Source of the DNA: Promethearchaeota archaeon
GTDB lineage: Archaea; Asgardarchaeota; Lokiarchaeia; Sigyniarchaeales; SOKP01
Length of the DNA: 40,484 nt
Direction: 5' to 3'
NCBI GenBank assembly: GCA_048938445.1
Contig: JBHLME010000028.1
Coordinates: 1-40,484 of the forward strand
The notes beneath the pieces were generated by a model that worked only from the letters and a program-made list of their open reading frames with translations, had not been told where the DNA came from and searched no databases. Below, piece by piece: positions 37,052 through 40,484 of the stretch. The position numbers and the translations under genes are program-made. Position 1 is the stretch's first letter, and every line of letters starts with the position of its first letter.

Positions 37052-37233
37052 CATTAAAAATTACTGACTTTCATTAAAAAATACCAAATTGAAGTCATAG
37101 AACCATATCGGTTTTTTTTAAAAAACAAAATAAAGGAGGTTCCTACCGCCAAAGCAAATATAATTAAATGATGATATGGGATTATCTTTCCTAATTAGAT
37201 ACTTTTTTTTTTTACCACATCTTAAGAAAGCAT

Positions 37234-37368
37234 ATGACAGATTTAGAAGATAGGGTGGATCAATTAGAAAAAAAGGTTAAGAGACTATGGCAATATGTTT
37301 TCCTTTTAACAATTGTTTTTATCACAGTGGGATTCCTAACAGGTATAAGAGCTTTTGAACTTATATAG
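37234..37368 (+). CDS. 44-aa coiled-coil plus C-terminal TM microprotein
   Basis: Below ORF-track cutoff; MTDLEDRVDQLEKKVKRLWQYVFLLTIVFITVGFLTGIRAFELI with clean L/V heptads then one TM. Confidence 0.7.
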   Translation: MTDLEDRVDQLEKKVKRLWQYVFLLTIVFITVGFLTGIRAFELI

Positions 37369-37655
37369 AAACCCTAATTTTTCATTCTTAAATGGAAGTG
37401 CAGGTCCTGAAGGGTACCAATATAACTGACAGGGATAGCGCTGCGGAGGGAAAGAATTCATATATGCGCACAAGGCCTTGGATTCTATGATTTTTCCATA
37501 AGATATACAAGAGGATTTTCTTTAGATTTGACGGACATTCGGGACTTTAGTGATTGCGAAATTTTGATGAAAGCAGCATCGCATTTCATATTGAATGATT
37601 GAGTTATATTGATATTGTGTTATACTTATTAAGCTTCTTGATTTTTCTTGCTACC

Positions 37656-38693
37656 TCACTCTTTCTTTGATGTTTTATATTTCTCTAAAAGCTCATCTGG
37701 AGTAAACACTCCATCCTCCGTAATGATGGCCTTTACGAGCCGGAAAGGAGTTATATCAAACGCGTAATTCAAGCACTCAACACCATCAGGAACTATTTGC
37801 ACTTTCCCTAAAACATGCGAGACCTCTTGTTCATCTCTCTGTTCTATCGTGACAGCATCAATGGTTTCATTTAGCGATAAAGTAGATGTTGGAGCAGCTA
37901 CATAAAATGGAATATTATTATCTTTTGCAGCTAGTGCCACTAAATATGTTCCAATTTTATTAAAAACTGCATCTGATGTTACCCTATCAGTTCCAACAAT
38001 CACTTTATTTACTCTACCTAACATCATCAGTAAACCTGATGAAGTATCTGATATAACATTTACTGGTATTTTATCATAATGACATTCATATGCCGTTAGT
38101 CGAGCACCCTGTAATCTTGGTCTCGTTTCATCTGCAATCACATTAATTCTTTTTCCTTGCTCAATGGCTGCTCTTACAGGCGCTAAGGCCGTTCCATATT
38201 GAACAGTTGCCAAAGAACCAGCATTACAATGTGTTAGGACAGTATCACCATCTTCCAAGAGAACAGCACCATTTTTACCAATATCTTTATTCACGTTTAT
38301 ATCTTCTTGTGCCATTATCTTTGCTTCTTCGATAACTAAATCTGAAATTATTGAAGGCGTGTCATATGTCGAAGAAATTATGTTCCAAATACGATCCACC
38401 GCCCAAAATAAATTTGAAGCGGTTGGTCTAGTGCTTTTAATTAAATTAGCTGCTTCTTCCATAGATTCTAAAAATTTCTCTTTGGGGAGAGATTTATACT
38501 CAATTGTGGCTAGTGCCATTCCCATAGCTGCAGCAACGCCAATTGCAGGAGCACCACGAATATTCATGACTTTAATTGACGTTGCAACATCTCTATAATT
38601 ATCAAATATTAAAAATTTCAGTTCATGCGGTAAAATTGTTTGGTCTATCATCTTAACCTTATTATCATTTGTCCATTCGATAGAAGGAATCAT
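37656..38693 (-). CDS. mtnA: S-methyl-5-thioribose-1-phosphate isomerase (eIF2B-alpha-like family)
   Basis: IDQTILP, IRGAPAIG, TRPTASNL, LTHCNAGSLAT..YGTAL, DETRPRLQGARLTAYE, NKIGTY, AFDITP. Confidence 0.93.
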   Translation of the reverse strand: MIPSIEWTNDNKVKMIDQTILPHELKFLIFDNYRDVATSIKVMNIRGAPAIGVAAAMGMALATIEYKSLPKEKFLESMEEAANLIKSTRPTASNLFWAVDRIWNIISSTYDTPSIISDLVIEEAKIMAQEDINVNKDIGKNGAVLLEDGDTVLTHCNAGSLATVQYGTALAPVRAAIEQGKRINVIADETRPRLQGARLTAYECHYDKIPVNVISDTSSGLLMMLGRVNKVIVGTDRVTSDAVFNKIGTYLVALAAKDNNIPFYVAAPTSTLSLNETIDAVTIEQRDEQEVSHVLGKVQIVPDGVECLNYAFDITPFRLVKAIITEDGVFTPDELLEKYKTSKKE

Positions 38694-38846
38694 AATGATA
38701 AAAAAAATACTCCAAGATTAAAAAATGAATACTTAATATTGTAGCAAATTCTATTTTCATAAAAATGTAAAAATGCAATTTTACCTACATTTAGTTTTTA
38801 TTATTGATTTAATGAAACTTAAAAATTAACATTCCTAGATAAAATT

Positions 38847-39782
38847 ATGATTCCGGAGATTTTAGGGGTCGGAGAAGTATGTATTGATTATACATCTGTT
38901 GTCGATTATTTTCCAGAAGCAGATGAAAAATTGGATGCATGTTCACAGGCTTGTTTTAGTGGAGGGGTGACAGCAAATTATTGCGTTGCTACCGCAAGAT
39001 TAGGAGCAAAAACGAGCTTTTTTGGTGCCGTGGGAGATGATGATTTTGGTGAGTATTTGATTAAAGAATTTCAAAAAGAAAATGTAGATACCTCTTATTT
39101 GGTAAAAAAAAAAGGAAAAGATACCGCCGTGAATTTCATTGTCGTGAATAAGCAAAATGGGGAAAAATTTATCATTCAAAGTCCTTGCATGCGTTCAACC
39201 GCTCCAGAGCAAGTTGATTTTAATGATACAATTTTAGAAGGTGTTAAATTAGTCCATTCTACAGCAATTTACCCTGAATTAACAAGGCATATTTTTCAAC
39301 AGGCTCAAAATTTAGGGATTCTTACATCGCTCGATCTTGAAAAACAAATTGCCATTTGGGGTATCAATAAGCTCAAGCCAATATTGGATCACGTGGATAT
39401 TCTATTACCAAATAAAGCAGGAGCTATGCAATTGACAAATACAAAAACACCCTTGGAGGCGGCTCAGGTATTTTTAGATTGGGGAATAGAATTAGTCGTG
39501 ATAACATTAGGTGAAAAAGGAGCTGTTGCTTTTACTCCAAAAGAGTCTATCAAAGTTCCAGCATTTAAGGTTCCCGTGATTGATACAACAGGAGCAGGAG
39601 ATACATTTTGTGGGGCATTTACATATACATATGGAATTAAGAAATGGAGTATAAAGCGAGCATTGCAGTTTAGTATAGCTGCTGCTTCACTAAAAATTCA
39701 ACATTTAGGGGCAAGATCAGGAATGCCTACCTTTCAACAAGTTGAGGCGTTCTTGAATGGAAACAATGCATGCTTAGATTAA
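38847..39782 (+). CDS. PfkB-family (ribokinase-like) sugar kinase
   Basis: GGVTANY..A.ARLG, GAVGDDDFG, VITLGEKGA, DTTGAGDTFCG. Confidence 0.92.
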   Translation: MIPEILGVGEVCIDYTSVVDYFPEADEKLDACSQACFSGGVTANYCVATARLGAKTSFFGAVGDDDFGEYLIKEFQKENVDTSYLVKKKGKDTAVNFIVVNKQNGEKFIIQSPCMRSTAPEQVDFNDTILEGVKLVHSTAIYPELTRHIFQQAQNLGILTSLDLEKQIAIWGINKLKPILDHVDILLPNKAGAMQLTNTKTPLEAAQVFLDWGIELVVITLGEKGAVAFTPKESIKVPAFKVPVIDTTGAGDTFCGAFTYTYGIKKWSIKRALQFSIAAASLKIQHLGARSGMPTFQQVEAFLNGNNACLD

Positions 39783-39800
39783 TCTTTTCTTTATGTTTTG

Positions 39801-40394
39801 TTATTTCTTATATTTTTCACCAATTGCACCACCAGGATGTCTCAAGCGAAATATTTTCTCTTCTAATCCACTTTTTTCTGCCGCGGTTATTGCAATTACA
39901 TCTGCAATAATGAGCATGAGAGTGGTTGATGTTGAAGGGACTTCTGGTACTATACATGATTCTTGTATCATTTTGTAAGTGACTACAATATTCGTGCGAA
40001 ATTGAGGTTTTGGATTATTAGTTATACACACGATCTTATTAGATTGACTATTTAATAGGTCTAATGCTTCAATAAATAGAATAATCTCTCTCGTGCTTCC
40101 AGAATTAGAAAAGACAATGATTAGATCTCCTGAATTAATTCTCCCAATATCTCCATGTAGTGCTTCAGCAGGATGAATAAAAAAAGAGTTTAGACCAATA
40201 CTACAGAGAGTTGCGCTCATTTTTTGTGCAATAATTCCAGCTTTTCCCATTCCTGAAGTAATGATGTTCATACCTTTATTTCCTGTTTGAATACACGATT
40301 CAATTGCCAATTCCATTTCAGAAGTAATTTTCAAGTTGAGTACTGCTTTTTGTTGAATTTGTAATATTTCTTCAGCTCTTTTTTCTGTGTCCAT
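39801..40394 (-). CDS. SIS-domain sugar-phosphate isomerase (KpsF/GutQ-like, no CBS domains)
   Basis: SGMGKAG.IAQK..AT..S.G, HPAEALHGDIG, SNSGSTRE, PSTSTT, F..RHPGGAIG. Confidence 0.9.
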   Translation of the reverse strand: MDTEKRAEEILQIQQKAVLNLKITSEMELAIESCIQTGNKGMNIITSGMGKAGIIAQKMSATLCSIGLNSFFIHPAEALHGDIGRINSGDLIIVFSNSGSTREIILFIEALDLLNSQSNKIVCITNNPKPQFRTNIVVTYKMIQESCIVPEVPSTSTTLMLIIADVIAITAAEKSGLEEKIFRLRHPGGAIGEKYKK

Positions 40395-40484
40395 TTTTTA
40401 TCACGATTTATCTTAAATTGGAATATTTTATTATTTTTCATTGTATTTATGAATTAAATATTAGAATATCAAATTTGGAATTTA

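Noticed and set aside
37393-37430. Selenocysteine recoding of C-x-x-TGA
   Set aside because: The frame closes with TAA four codons later and no SECIS-like structure is evident
37656-38693. Ribose-1,5-bisphosphate isomerase or eIF2B subunit call
   Set aside because: THCNAGSLAT..YGTAL and QGARLTAYE motifs are MtnA-type
1278-39978. Short antisense or overlapping ORFs (1278, 1920, 2916, 4023, 11337, 13347, 14148, 15475, 17504, 18750, 19428, 20022, 20941, 21304, 21538, 21736, 22894, 25378, 27594, 30775, 31135, 38359, 39793)
   Set aside because: Shadows of well-supported genes on the opposite strand or another frame; no recognisable motifs

Overview
Very AT-rich chromosomal segment of an Asgard archaeon, most likely Lokiarchaeia/Promethearchaeota. 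The assignment is inferred from the ESCRT-II/III/Vps4 cluster, a Rab-like GTPase, a longin-like domain protein, IPG/IPFG-type C-terminal anchors and intron-containing tRNAs. It carries larC/larB, a GH20 hexosaminidase, pgk, a UroD/MtaA-family protein, deoxyhypusine synthase divergent from pyruvoyl arginine decarboxylase, the ESCRT cluster (Snf7/Vps2-like, Vps4, Vps25-like, Vps22/36-like), Nip7/Nop2, a CYTH protein, an NDP-sugar synthase, glucan phosphorylase, Dus, surface-protein genes with a ribbon-helix-helix regulator, mtnA, two PfkB kinases and a SIS isomerase. Features missed by the ORF track: tRNA-Val(GAC) with a D-loop intron; tRNA-Gly(GCC) split by two 30-nt non-canonical BHB introns; two conserved genes whose homologous N-termini start at ATA/ATC codons behind SD-like motifs; a ~500-bp duplicated divergent promoter carrying a dead copy of the regulator's 5' end; a 44-aa coiled-coil plus tail-anchor microprotein; a 20-bp palindrome-containing tandem repeat; and small gene remnants. 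No CRISPR array, integrase or transposase was seen. All family calls come from motif recognition by eye, not database searches.
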